From positions 1 through 51,921 of the forward strand of contig JANLPS010000227.1 in the NCBI GenBank assembly GCA_031367385.1: DNA of 51,921 nucleotides, in the 5' to 3' direction. Origin of the DNA: Archangium sp. GTDB taxonomy: Bacteria; Myxococcota; Myxococcia; Myxococcales; Myxococcaceae. The position numbers were made by a program, and so were the translations under genes. Positions 16,423 through 25,723 of this stretch are shown here, piece by piece. The notes beneath the pieces are model-generated. The model saw only the letters and a list, made by a program, of their open reading frames with translations, had not been told where the DNA came from and did no database searches. How positions within the stretch are numbered: position 1 is the first letter of the stretch; every line of letters begins with the position of its first letter.

Positions 16423-19400
16423 TTTTTCGCCGCCACGTCAGCGCTCAACCCGGCGACCCACACCTTGTTCTCATTGCCGTAATACAGGTACGCGCGGCTC
16501 GCCGGCCCCACGTACTTGCCCGGCACCGAAGCGACCAGCGACACCGGCACGCGAACCTGCTGCTTCGGAGTCATCCCCCTCCAGTACAGCACCACGTCAC
16601 GGCCCATGATCTCGTACGCGTCGATGGTGCCCGCCTTCACGAGCTCCTTGAGCTGATCGATTCGCGGCTCGAGCCCACCAGGCACTCCGACGATCGCCAC
16701 CACGGTCGGCAGCTGCGCGTCGGTCAAGTTGGTCACCCGCGCCGTCGCCTCGACCACATCGCCCTCGTTCGCGGTGGCCTTCGACAACGCCACCTCGAGG
16801 CCGACCTTGGTGTCAGCCGAGCTCTCCGGCTTGACCCGCGAGCTGCGCACGCTCATCGAGTACGGCAACTGCCCGCCGCCCTCTTGTTGCAGCTCGAGCA
16901 CGTGGGCACCCGACGCCAGCAGCTCGGCCGCATCGGGCAGTACGAGCTCTCCTTGCGTCGACCCGTCGAACTTCACCGGTGAGCCCAGCGGTTTGCCATC
17001 GACGAACAACCGCACGCTGCCCGGCTTGCGAGCCGCCGAGCGCACCCGGTCGTATTCGAGCACGGCCTTCAGCGCGAGCACGGTGCTCTGGGTCGCTCCG
17101 TAGCTGCCGTCTTTGCTGGCCTCGGCGAGCGCCTTGATCGCCTTCTCGGTCGGCCCCACGAACTCGTTGCCTGCCCGCAACCACGCGACGGTCGCGAAGG
17201 CCGTGGTCTCGATCGCCAGCGACGCGCCGGTCGAGCCGACGATGCTCTGCGTGCCGCCCTTGATGAAACCCTTCTCGTCTTGCTGCTCTGCCAGCTTCTT
17301 GAGCAAGGTGTGCGTGGTGGCGGTGTCTCCGCTCAGCTGCGCGACGTTCGCGGCGACCGCGGTGACGTAGCTGTTCTTGCTCGCCAGGCCGATCTCTTTG
17401 ACGTGCTTCACTTCGGCGCTCAGGCTCTTCTCGCCGCTCTCGAGCATCGCCCAGGTGATGTAGGCATCTGAGGTGTCTTTGTCTTCGACCCAGGTGTGCA
17501 ACGCCCGGCGCTTTCGCTCGAAGCCGCCCTTGCCGTCTCGCTGCTTGAGCAGCCACTCCCGCGTTCGCCCCAACATCGCGCTGTCGACCGATCGCACCTT
17601 CGCGATGTCGTTGAACTCGAGCAACCCATACGCGGTCAGCGCCTCGTGGCCGGGGTCTTCGCCGAACCACTCGAAGCCCTTCTGTTTGCACTCGTAGCCG
17701 GTCAACCGCTTCATGCCGTTCTCGAGCTTCGACTGCGCGTCGCTGACGACCGCCGGGTCTGCGCCGCTGTGGCTCTTGAAATACTGGAGCGCCATCGTCA
17801 TCGGGTACACCGTCGACGAGGTCTGCTCGAAGCAGCCGCTCGGCTCCTGCACCAACTTCTTCAACGCCGCGGTCAAGTTGCCGCTCGGAGCGGGGTACAC
17901 CACGATGCGCGTCACCGTGCTGCCGGGCACCGTGTCAGGCGCCAAGGTCAGCTCGTACTTGGCCTTGCCGTTGGCCTGCAGCAAACCGCCCTGGTTCTGC
18001 TCGATGGGAAACCCCTTGGGCTTGATGCTCAGGTCGCGGGTGACGATGTCGGCGTAGCCCCCGGCGGTCGCGTTGAGGGTGAGCGACGTGGTGCGGCTCT
18101 TCGGGCCCACGGTGAGCTCGACCACTTTGCGCCCACGCTCGTCACCCTTGAGCGAAAACGCGCTCGGCGCCGTGAAGCGCAAGTCGGCTTTGCTCGTCAA
18201 GGCGAGCGACACGCCGTTGAGCGGCTCGTTGGTGCCGTTCACGAAGGCGATCGGCAACCGAATCACGTCGCCTTCAGTGACCTCGAGGGGCAGCTTGGGC
18301 TCGACGTAGAACGGCTTGACCGACTCGAGCTTGGCTTCTGCCGAGCCCAGCACACCACCGGCGGTGTACCCACCGGCCTGCGCGCGAAACGACGTCACCG
18401 CGTCGCTCATGCCGAAGGTCACCACCGCTTCACCCTTGGCGTCGGTCTTGGTGGCGACTGACCAGTACAGCGTCTCGGCGAAATCGAGGCGGTCGTTGGG
18501 TTGGCGGTTCGGGCGAACCCGGTGCGCGTACTCACGAATGGTCACGAACTGAATCTGGCGTCGTTCTCGGCGGTCATCGAAGTCGGCCATGATTTTCTTT
18601 TCTTTCATCATCGGCTCGGCCGCCCTCACCGGCTGGTTCATCGGTCGCTCGAAGCCGTTGGCCCGCTGCAGATCGTTCTTCGCGAGCCCGTCGATGGCCT
18701 GCGCGGGGGCGGGGGCTGGTGCTGGTTTGGCAGCGACCGCGACGGGCACCGGCATCGGGGGCATCTGAGGTATCGCGGCACCCTTCGGCATCGCCTGGGG
18801 CACCATCGCCCCACGGCCCTGACCAGGGCGGCCTCCAGCGAAGGCCACCTCGTCTTCTTCGGCCTGAACCCCGCCCAGCGTCACCGCCAGTGCAGACTGC
18901 CCATCGGTGAGCGCCAAGACCCGCCGGGCTTCATCTTGTTCGCGGGTCACGAACTCGTTCACCCTGAGCAGCCCAAAGCGGCGCCAGCCCTGGGTACCGA
19001 GCAGCAGGTCGGTCGCCAAGCGGGCCTTGGGGTTCGCCGCGTCGAGGTACACGTGGGCGTCTGCCAGCTCGCGCACGTCGTCTTCGAGCATGACCATCAC
19101 CGGCAACGAGGGCGCCTGTTCGCGCTTTTCAATCAGCTCCTGCACCGAGTCGTCGGTCACGGTCAGGCCCACCATCGCCGCGGCGGGCTTGCCGTCGAGC
19201 AAGGTCTTCACCTTGAGCGAGACGCTGCCGCCGGGCACGTACCGCGAGCGGTCGGCCTCGAGCTTGATGGTCAGCTGTTTCTTCGACTCGCGAAACACCA
19301 GGCGCTCAGCCAGCGGAGCACCATCGGCGCTGCTCACCGTCACCACCAGCACGCCTTCAGCGTCTTTCGCGTCGAGCGTCGCAAACGGAGGCACGATGCC

Positions 19401-20537
19401 CCTGGGGTTCACGGTGGCCGTGCTCAGCACCACCTCGCGCTGTCGCAGCGTCACCGTCAATTGCTCGGAGTCGGTCGAGAGCACCAGCACCTTGACCGGC
19501 TGACCCACGCCGAACGTCTCGGCGGTCGCGCTCAACGTCACGCCCTTCTCTTTCACCGCCGGCAACTTCACCGTCTTCTTCACGCTCGCAGGCTCGGTCA
19601 CCCGCAGGGTGTACGTCTCGCCCTTCTGAGGTGAGAGCTCGAAGCGGCCGCGCCCCTCATGCTCGGTTCGAAAGGTCGAGACCGAGGTGCCCTTCGAATC
19701 GACGATGGTGCCGGCGATGTCGGCGGGCTTCTGCGAGAGCGTGCGCGCCTCGAGGTAGACGCGATTCTTGACCCCCGCCACCAGGTCTCCGCCCTCGGGG
19801 TACAAGGCGATGTCGAACGATGTGACGAGGAGTGGAATGGTCTTGGTCGCGGTCTCGACCACGCCGCCGTCGGCGATGGTGAACGCGATGGTGCCCTCGC
19901 CGCGCTCGATGGCCGCGGGGAGCTTCAAGTTGACCGTGCAGTGCCCGGTCACGTCGAGCGTGCACGGCGCGGTGGCCACATCGACGCCGTCGACGCGCGC
20001 GACCGCGGTGATGCGAGCACCGGTGGGCACGCCGCCTTCGGCCCGGGTGGTCTCGAGCGTCGCCGTGACCGTGTCTCCGGCACCGTAGCCATCACGCGCG
20101 AAGACGATCTGGTTCTTCAAGCGCGGCGCGCGGTACACGCGCACATCGAACTTTCGCTCACCGGGGGCCGAGCCGGGTTGGCCGCTGCCCAGCACGGTGA
20201 ACTCTCCGCCGCTGGTGCCCTCGGGTACCTGCCACGAGAACCCGAACGCGCCATCGGCGACGAGTGACTGCCCCGCCGCGACGACCTCGCCCTTGGGCCC
20301 TTTGATGCTGACCCCGGCGTACGTCTGCGACGGCCCAGGCACCCGGGTCTTCGCCTCGAGCACCACCCCGCGAACGAAGACGGTCTCGCCGACCTTGTAG
20401 ACCGGCTTGTCGGTCGAGATGTGGGTGAGCATGCGCTGATCTCCTCCAAGCCGGGCGGGCGTGGCGGGGTCGAGCTGTGCCGTGGGGGCAGCAGCCAGCA
20501 GCAAAGCAATGGCTCCGAGGGGTACCAGACGTGACAT
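16419..20537 (-). CDS. Alpha-2-macroglobulin-family thioester protein
   Basis: STDKPVYKVGETV (MG2), YPEGGDLVAG, low-complexity bait region ending DFAETLYW, thioester PSGCFEQTSS, YGATQSTVLAL, and a receptor-binding-like C-terminus (PASRAYLYY). Confidence 0.92.
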   Translation of the reverse strand: MSRLVPLGAIALLLAAAPTAQLDPATPARLGGDQRMLTHISTDKPVYKVGETVFVRGVVLEAKTRVPGPSQTYAGVSIKGPKGEVVAAGQSLVADGAFGFSWQVPEGTSGGEFTVLGSGQPGSAPGERKFDVRVYRAPRLKNQIVFARDGYGAGDTVTATLETTRAEGGVPTGARITAVARVDGVDVATAPCTLDVTGHCTVNLKLPAAIERGEGTIAFTIADGGVVETATKTIPLLVTSFDIALYPEGGDLVAGVKNRVYLEARTLSQKPADIAGTIVDSKGTSVSTFRTEHEGRGRFELSPQKGETYTLRVTEPASVKKTVKLPAVKEKGVTLSATAETFGVGQPVKVLVLSTDSEQLTVTLRQREVVLSTATVNPRGIVPPFATLDAKDAEGVLVVTVSSADGAPLAERLVFRESKKQLTIKLEADRSRYVPGGSVSLKVKTLLDGKPAAAMVGLTVTDDSVQELIEKREQAPSLPVMVMLEDDVRELADAHVYLDAANPKARLATDLLLGTQGWRRFGLLRVNEFVTREQDEARRVLALTDGQSALAVTLGGVQAEEDEVAFAGGRPGQGRGAMVPQAMPKGAAIPQMPPMPVPVAVAAKPAPAPAPAQAIDGLAKNDLQRANGFERPMNQPVRAAEPMMKEKKIMADFDDRRERRQIQFVTIREYAHRVRPNRQPNDRLDFAETLYWSVATKTDAKGEAVVTFGMSDAVTSFRAQAGGYTAGGVLGSAEAKLESVKPFYVEPKLPLEVTEGDVIRLPIAFVNGTNEPLNGVSLALTSKADLRFTAPSAFSLKGDERGRKVVELTVGPKSRTTSLTLNATAGGYADIVTRDLSIKPKGFPIEQNQGGLLQANGKAKYELTLAPDTVPGSTVTRIVVYPAPSGNLTAALKKLVQEPSGCFEQTSSTVYPMTMALQYFKSHSGADPAVVSDAQSKLENGMKRLTGYECKQKGFEWFGEDPGHEALTAYGLLEFNDIAKVRSVDSAMLGRTREWLLKQRDGKGGFERKRRALHTWVEDKDTSDAYITWAMLESGEKSLSAEVKHVKEIGLASKNSYVTAVAANVAQLSGDTATTHTLLKKLAEQQDEKGFIKGGTQSIVGSTGASLAIETTAFATVAWLRAGNEFVGPTEKAIKALAEASKDGSYGATQSTVLALKAVLEYDRVRSAARKPGSVRLFVDGKPLGSPVKFDGSTQGELVLPDAAELLASGAHVLELQQEGGGQLPYSMSVRSSRVKPESSADTKVGLEVALSKATANEGDVVEATARVTNLTDAQLPTVVAIVGVPGGLEPRIDQLKELVKAGTIDAYEIMGRDVVLYWRGMTPKQQVRVPVSLVASVPGKYVGPASRAYLYYGNENKVWVAGLSADVAAKN

Positions 20538-20688
20538 GGGCGGGCTCTCTTGGCGTGAAGGGGGCGTCTTCAACGACTCGAGGCGCAGTCTGGTCTGTCA
20601 ACCAGCGAACAAGAAGACGAATCTTCTCGTGGGTCGCGCACCCTCTCGATCTTCGACCCGCTCACCGCCACTTTGGCAGCCTTCGACC

Positions 20689-21591
20689 TCAGCTCAACAG
20701 CCGCCACCACACCGGCACCGTGCCCAGGCTGAGCAGCGTGCCCACGGCGATCAACGCTGACGCCAACCGCGCATCGAGGTTGAGCTCGCTCGCCAACACC
20801 CCCGCGCTCACCATCGGGGCCATCGCCGCCTGCGCCACGGTCACCCGCTCGATTTCGCCGCCACCCGACTGCACCAGGCGCAGAAACCCCAGCACCATCA
20901 CCGGGGCCGCCATCAACTTGAGGCTCAGCCCCAGCGCGACCAACCGCCCATTGCCCCGCAGCGCCGACGGCTCGAACTGCCAGCCCACGCTCGCCAGGGC
21001 CAGCGGCGTGACCATGTCTGAGAGCCGCGAAAGCACCTCGTCGAGGGCCGGCGCGAAGGCGATGCCCCGCGTGGCCAGCGCCACCACCAGCGCAACCATC
21101 GAGGGAAAAGTGAACAATCGCCACAGCAGCGTGCGCAGCGACACGTCACGGCCGCTCAAGTACGTGCCCAGCGGCACTGCACCCAACGAGACCATCACGA
21201 AGGTGCCGAGCTGATCGGCCACCGCGCCGATGCCCACCGCCGACGGGCCTCCGAGCATCGAGAGCAGCGGGTACCCGACGAACGCGGTGTTGCCGAGCCC
21301 CACGCACAAGGCGAGCGCCCCCGCGGTCGCATTTCGGCGCACCGGGTCTCTTCGCGCCCACAGCACGGCGACCCCGGCGGGCAGCGCGAACACCAGCCAC
21401 ATCGCGAGCACCGACCAGATCAACGCCCGCTCGAGCGGCACCACGTGCACGAGCTTGATCACCAGCGCCGGCAGCGACACCCAGATGACCCAGGCGTTGA
21501 TCACCCGATGCGAGTCGGCCGGGAGCCCTGAAAATGCACGCGCCAGAACGCCCAGCACGAAACAGCCGACCAGCAACCACAGCACGCTCAT
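20689..21591 (-). CDS. AEC (auxin efflux carrier) family transporter
   Basis: Polytopic membrane protein with WVSLPAL, GNTAFVGYP, PLALASVG, KLMAAP and QAAMAP motifs. Confidence 0.88.
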   Translation of the reverse strand: MSVLWLLVGCFVLGVLARAFSGLPADSHRVINAWVIWVSLPALVIKLVHVVPLERALIWSVLAMWLVFALPAGVAVLWARRDPVRRNATAGALALCVGLGNTAFVGYPLLSMLGGPSAVGIGAVADQLGTFVMVSLGAVPLGTYLSGRDVSLRTLLWRLFTFPSMVALVVALATRGIAFAPALDEVLSRLSDMVTPLALASVGWQFEPSALRGNGRLVALGLSLKLMAAPVMVLGFLRLVQSGGGEIERVTVAQAAMAPMVSAGVLASELNLDARLASALIAVGTLLSLGTVPVWWRLLS

Positions 21592-21595
21592 CGAC

Positions 21596-22747
21596 TCACC
21601 GGTGCTGCTTCATCGCGGCGAGCACCTCGGCTCCGTACAGCGCCAGGCGCTTGGCGCCGAAGTACGGCAGCGTGGCCAACGCGCTCACTTCACCAGGGTT
21701 GAGCGTCGCCACGTCTTCAATCAGCGCGTTCGGCAACACCACCGACGGAGTCACCTTGCGCTTGGTCGCGGCCTGCTTGCGCCACTCGGTCAGCGCCTCG
21801 CTGCGACGGCGCTTCTTCGGGTCGCGCTCTTTGGTCTCGGGCTGAAAAGGCAGCTCACCCTTCGCGCTCTGCTCACTGAAGGTCACGATCTGCTGCAGCA
21901 CCTGCTCGCCGTACTGACGGGTGAACGCCCCGCGCACGCCCTCCAGCCGCCCCAATTCGCGAATCGCCTTGGGCAGCTTGGTGGCGATGGTGACGATCGC
22001 CGTGTTCGACAACATGCGCCCCATCGGTATGTCTTCGGCCTCGGCCAGCTGCAACCGCAGCCGGTGGAGCCATTGCGCCAGCGCGTACGACAACCGCTGC
22101 TGCTCGTTCGACATGTTCTGGGTCGGCAGCTTGAACCGGTACGGGCCATTCACGTCAGGGCGCTCGGCCGCCTCATCGGCGATTCGCGCGCAGTCGAGCT
22201 CGACCTCTTCGAGAATATCGGCCGTCACGCAGGCCTCTCGCACCGAGCGGCCCACCTCGACCAGGTAGCGCACGTCATCGGCGATGTACGCGCGAAGCTC
22301 GGGAGGAAACGGGCGCAGCGAGAAGTCTGACTGCTGGTGCTCTTTGGCCAGCTGCTTGCCCAGCTTCTCGAGCACCAGGTCGGCCAGCCCCACCTTGGGC
22401 CACCCGAGCAGAGTCGCCGCGCGGTGGGTGTCGAAGAGCCCTTTGACCCGAATGCCGACCTCGGCCAGGTACTGCAGGTCGCCCATCGCGGCGTGAAAGA
22501 ACTTGGTCTTCGCGGGGTCGGCAAAGTGCGCGGCCAGCGCGTTGATCTGCACCTCGGCGATCAAGGTGTCGAAGAGAAAAATCTCGGTCTCGGTGCCGAC
22601 CTGCACCCAACACAACCGCGAACGAAAGTGGTGCATCGCGTCGGCTTCGACGTCGACTGCAAAGTCATTGACCGCTGCGACCGCCGCGGCGGCTTGGGCA
22701 ACCTGCAACGCCGTTGTGACGTCGGCCGCCCCTTCTGGAATTGACAC
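21596..22747 (-). CDS. rnd: Ribonuclease D (DEDDy 3'-5' exonuclease with HRDC domains)
   Basis: VDVEAD, FHAAMGDL, FDT and YIADDVRYL exonuclease motifs, followed by two HRDC-like segments. Confidence 0.85.
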   Translation of the reverse strand: MSIPEGAADVTTALQVAQAAAAVAAVNDFAVDVEADAMHHFRSRLCWVQVGTETEIFLFDTLIAEVQINALAAHFADPAKTKFFHAAMGDLQYLAEVGIRVKGLFDTHRAATLLGWPKVGLADLVLEKLGKQLAKEHQQSDFSLRPFPPELRAYIADDVRYLVEVGRSVREACVTADILEEVELDCARIADEAAERPDVNGPYRFKLPTQNMSNEQQRLSYALAQWLHRLRLQLAEAEDIPMGRMLSNTAIVTIATKLPKAIRELGRLEGVRGAFTRQYGEQVLQQIVTFSEQSAKGELPFQPETKERDPKKRRRSEALTEWRKQAATKRKVTPSVVLPNALIEDVATLNPGEVSALATLPYFGAKRLALYGAEVLAAMKQHR

Positions 22748-22801
22748 GCTCCTGCCTCTAGCAAAAACCCCCGGAGTATGGGCAAAAGGCGCGCCACCCC
22801 T

Positions 22802-23635
22802 ATGAGCGAGGTTGCCAAGCTAGAGAAGTCCCTGCTCTCCCAGGTCGGCAAGGCCGTGCACGAGTGGCAGCTGATCGAGCCGAACGACCGAATCATGGTC
22901 GCCATCTCGGGCGGTAAAGACTCGTACACCCTGCTTCACCTGCTGCGGCTGCTCCAGCGCCGAGCGCCCATCTCGTTCGAGCTCATCGCCGTCAACTTAG
23001 ACCAGGGGCACCCCGGCTTCCCCGCCGCTACGCTCGAGGGCTGGCTGCAGAAGAACGAGTACCCCTACCGGCTGCTCAAAGAAGACACGTATTCAATCGT
23101 GCTCGACAAGCTCAAGCCGGGGCAGACGCAGTGCTCACTGTGCAGCCGGCTGCGGCGCGGCATCTTGTACAACGCGGCGGTCGACCTGGGCTGCACCAAG
23201 ATCGCGCTCGGCCACCACCGCGACGACTTGATTCACACCCTGCTGCTCAACATGTTCTTTGCCGGGTCGATGGCCACCATGCCGGCCAAGCTCCACAGCG
23301 ACGACGGCCGCAACACCGTGATTCGCCCCCTCGCCTACGCCCCCGAGAGCGAGATCGCCCGCTTCGCCGAGCTGATGGAGTTCCCCATCATTCCCTGTGA
23401 CCTCTGCGGCTCGCAGGAGAACCTGCAGCGCAAGAAAATCAAGACCCTGGTCGACACCCTGGGCAAAGACATCCCCAACCTGCGGTCTTCGATTTTGTCG
23501 GCGATGGGCAACTTGCATACATCGCATCTGCTCGACCCGGCGCATTGGCGGGCGGCGGTCGAAGAGGCTCCGCCGCTTGCTGAAAAGAAGCATGCTGGGG
23601 CTCTGGTTCAACTGGGGGTGCCACATGGCGCGTGA
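22802..23635 (+). CDS. ttcA: tRNA 2-thiocytidine(32) synthetase
   Basis: PP-loop SGGKDS, CSLCSRLRRGILY, LGHHRDD, IIPCDLCGSQ. Confidence 0.96.
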   Translation: MSEVAKLEKSLLSQVGKAVHEWQLIEPNDRIMVAISGGKDSYTLLHLLRLLQRRAPISFELIAVNLDQGHPGFPAATLEGWLQKNEYPYRLLKEDTYSIVLDKLKPGQTQCSLCSRLRRGILYNAAVDLGCTKIALGHHRDDLIHTLLLNMFFAGSMATMPAKLHSDDGRNTVIRPLAYAPESEIARFAELMEFPIIPCDLCGSQENLQRKKIKTLVDTLGKDIPNLRSSILSAMGNLHTSHLLDPAHWRAAVEEAPPLAEKKHAGALVQLGVPHGA

Positions 23636-24449
23636 AGTCATCGAGCAGGCGAAGGCCAACCGCAACGCCGCGCTGGTCGAGGTGATGTTGCTCGCTGCCA
23701 GCGCCGACGGAGAGCTCCACGCCACCGAGATGCGCGCCCTGCTCACCCGCGTCATCGAGCGGCCCGAGTTCGAAGGCACCCGCCCCGCGCAGCTCAACGC
23801 GTTGATCGAGTCGTCGGCCAAGAAGCTCGCCGGCGCGCGCAAGCTCGAAGACGTGCTCGACTCGCTCAAAGAGCGGCTGCCTGATCACCGAAACCGGCTG
23901 CTCGCCTTCGCCCTCGCCACCGCCATCGCGCTCTCTGACCGCAAGGCCACCCGCGTCGAGCTGGGGCTGCTCAAGACCTTTCAACGCGCGCTCGGCATCT
24001 CTGAAGAAGAGGTCACCCGCATCTTCGAGATGGTCGAACAAGGGCACTCGCTCTCAGAGGCGCTGGGCGAGCCCACCGAGCGGCTGTTCGCCGAGACGAT
24101 GGTGCTGGTCGCCGCGAGCGACGGAGTGGTCAAGGCCTCCGAGCTGGTCGCGATGCTCGAGAACATGGCCGGCGACCCGGTGTTTCACAACGTGTCGCTC
24201 GACGAGGCCCAGCGCTTCTTGGGTGAGTCGGTGCAGAGCCTGGCCAACGAGGGTATGCCGCAGCGGTTGGCGGTGCTCGCGCAGGGGCTGACCACGCAAA
24301 AACAGCGCAGCAAGGCCTTCGAGCTGGCGGTGAAAATCGCCCGGGCCGATGGGGCGCCCTCGGTCAGAGAGCTTCATACGCTCGACCTGCTGCAGGCCAC
24401 CTTCGGCATCCCCGACGATGACGTCGCGCGCCTGGTGAAGGAAGCCTGA
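23625..24449 (+). CDS. Tandem two-domain TerB-like protein
   Basis: Two similar halves (VMLLAASADGELHATE...FALATAIALSD and TMVLVAASDGVVKASE...FELAVKIARADG). ATG 23625 overlaps the 3' end of ttcA. Confidence 0.8.
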   Translation: MAREVIEQAKANRNAALVEVMLLAASADGELHATEMRALLTRVIERPEFEGTRPAQLNALIESSAKKLAGARKLEDVLDSLKERLPDHRNRLLAFALATAIALSDRKATRVELGLLKTFQRALGISEEEVTRIFEMVEQGHSLSEALGEPTERLFAETMVLVAASDGVVKASELVAMLENMAGDPVFHNVSLDEAQRFLGESVQSLANEGMPQRLAVLAQGLTTQKQRSKAFELAVKIARADGAPSVRELHTLDLLQATFGIPDDDVARLVKEA

Positions 24450-24450
24450 C

Positions 24451-25272
24451 GTGCCTTTAGCGCCTCCCAACCGGCCTTCGAGAACCACGGTGCGCTTCGC
24501 ACTGCCCTCGTCACTGGGGCCGAACGGGGCCCAGCGGGCGACGCAGCTCGAGGCGTGGCTTCGAGAGGCGCTCGGGCGTGAGACCGAAGTCGTGGTGGCT
24601 TCGACCTACGAGTCGCTCGCCAGGGAGCTGCTGTCGGGCAAGGTCGACGCGGCGTGGGCCCCTCCGTTCGTCTGCGCGCGCATCGAGGCGATGGGCGTGC
24701 GGGTGCTGGTGCGCGGCCAACGCAACGGCGCTTCGACCTACCGGGCGGCCTTGGTGTGCCGGGCCGACTCGAAGGTGACGCTCGAGACGCTCAAAGGCGC
24801 CTCGGCGGCGTGGAGCGATCGCGATTCGGTCGGCGGCTACTTGCTGCCCGTCGCGTTCTTGCGCGAGCGTTCACTCGACCCGGCCCGAACGTTCGCCCGG
24901 CAAGAATTTTTGGGCAGCTACCGCGCGGCGCTCGAGGCAGTCGAAAAGGGCGAGGTCGACGTGAGCAGCGTGTTCGCGCCGACGGTTCGAGCAGGGTTGG
25001 GCGAGCTCACCGGCGTCGATGAAATCTGGCCTGAGAAGGCCTCGGCGTTTCGGGCCCTCGCCTTCACCGAAGAGGCGCCCAATGACGGCGTCGCGGTGTC
25101 GATGAACCTGGCCGGCGCGTTGGTGGCAGATCTCGAGAAGGTCTTCATTTCGATGGGCCAGAGCGAGGCGGGCCTCAAGGTGCTCAAAGAGTGCTTCAAC
25201 GCCGACCGCTTCGAAGCCGCTCCTCGCATGGGGTACCGCGCGCTGTACCGCGTCGCTCTCGCGAGCCTGTGA
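24451..25272 (+). CDS. PhnD-like phosphate/phosphonate-binding protein (PBP2 fold) without signal peptide
   Basis: SGKVDAAWAPP, YRAALV, DRDSVGGYLLP, GEVDV and PNDGV motifs; no N-terminal hydrophobic leader. Confidence 0.85.
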   Translation: MPLAPPNRPSRTTVRFALPSSLGPNGAQRATQLEAWLREALGRETEVVVASTYESLARELLSGKVDAAWAPPFVCARIEAMGVRVLVRGQRNGASTYRAALVCRADSKVTLETLKGASAAWSDRDSVGGYLLPVAFLRERSLDPARTFARQEFLGSYRAALEAVEKGEVDVSSVFAPTVRAGLGELTGVDEIWPEKASAFRALAFTEEAPNDGVAVSMNLAGALVADLEKVFISMGQSEAGLKVLKECFNADRFEAAPRMGYRALYRVALASL

Positions 25273-25658
25273 AAGCCTTGGTGATTGTCGCGCTCATCGC
25301 CGTCGGCCTCGCCGCGTACTGGTGGCTGCGCCGCCAGCGTGAGCTCGTCGTGCTCTCGGTGCGGCACGGCAAGATGCTGGTGGTGCGAGGCCAAGCGTCG
25401 AGCTCGATGCTGCAAGACTTCGCCGCGGCGCTGAAGAACACCGACCGAGGCGAGGTCGAGGTGCTGCGCGAAGACCGGGGCGCTCAGCTCTACGCCGACG
25501 GCGACATCGACGAGTTTCTCGAGCAGCGGCTGCGAAACATTCTGCGAATTCACCCGGCCGCTGCGTTTCGAGCGCCAGCGCAGAAAGAGAAGACCACGCT
25601 GGTGCGCCTGCTCGGCTTCGTCTGGCTCGCGTGGTTCTTCAACGACCGTTCATCGTAA
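25269..25658 (+). CDS. DUF3634-like small membrane protein
   Basis: N-terminal TM helix, LSVRHGKMLVVRG, QRLRN motif; GTGA overlap with the upstream stop. Confidence 0.7.
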   Translation: MKALVIVALIAVGLAAYWWLRRQRELVVLSVRHGKMLVVRGQASSSMLQDFAAALKNTDRGEVEVLREDRGAQLYADGDIDEFLEQRLRNILRIHPAAAFRAPAQKEKTTLVRLLGFVWLAWFFNDRSS

Positions 25659-25686
25659 GCCCAGCCCATATCAGTGGCACTCATAG

Positions 25687-25716
25687 GTACTGCATGCAGT
25701 ACAATTTTGTACTGCA
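25687..25716. repeat. Nested palindromes (three alternating copies of GTACTGCA)
   Basis: GTACTGCATGCAGTAC (25687-25702, perfect) overlaps TGCAGTACAA-TT-TTGTACTGCA (25695-25716), between convergent genes. Confidence 0.9.
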
Positions 25717-25723
25717 GGGTCAC

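Noticed and set aside
23625..24449. TerB as a sign of a tellurite-resistance or anti-phage ter island
   Set aside because: No terC, terD, terZ or other defence genes are present; the context is housekeeping.
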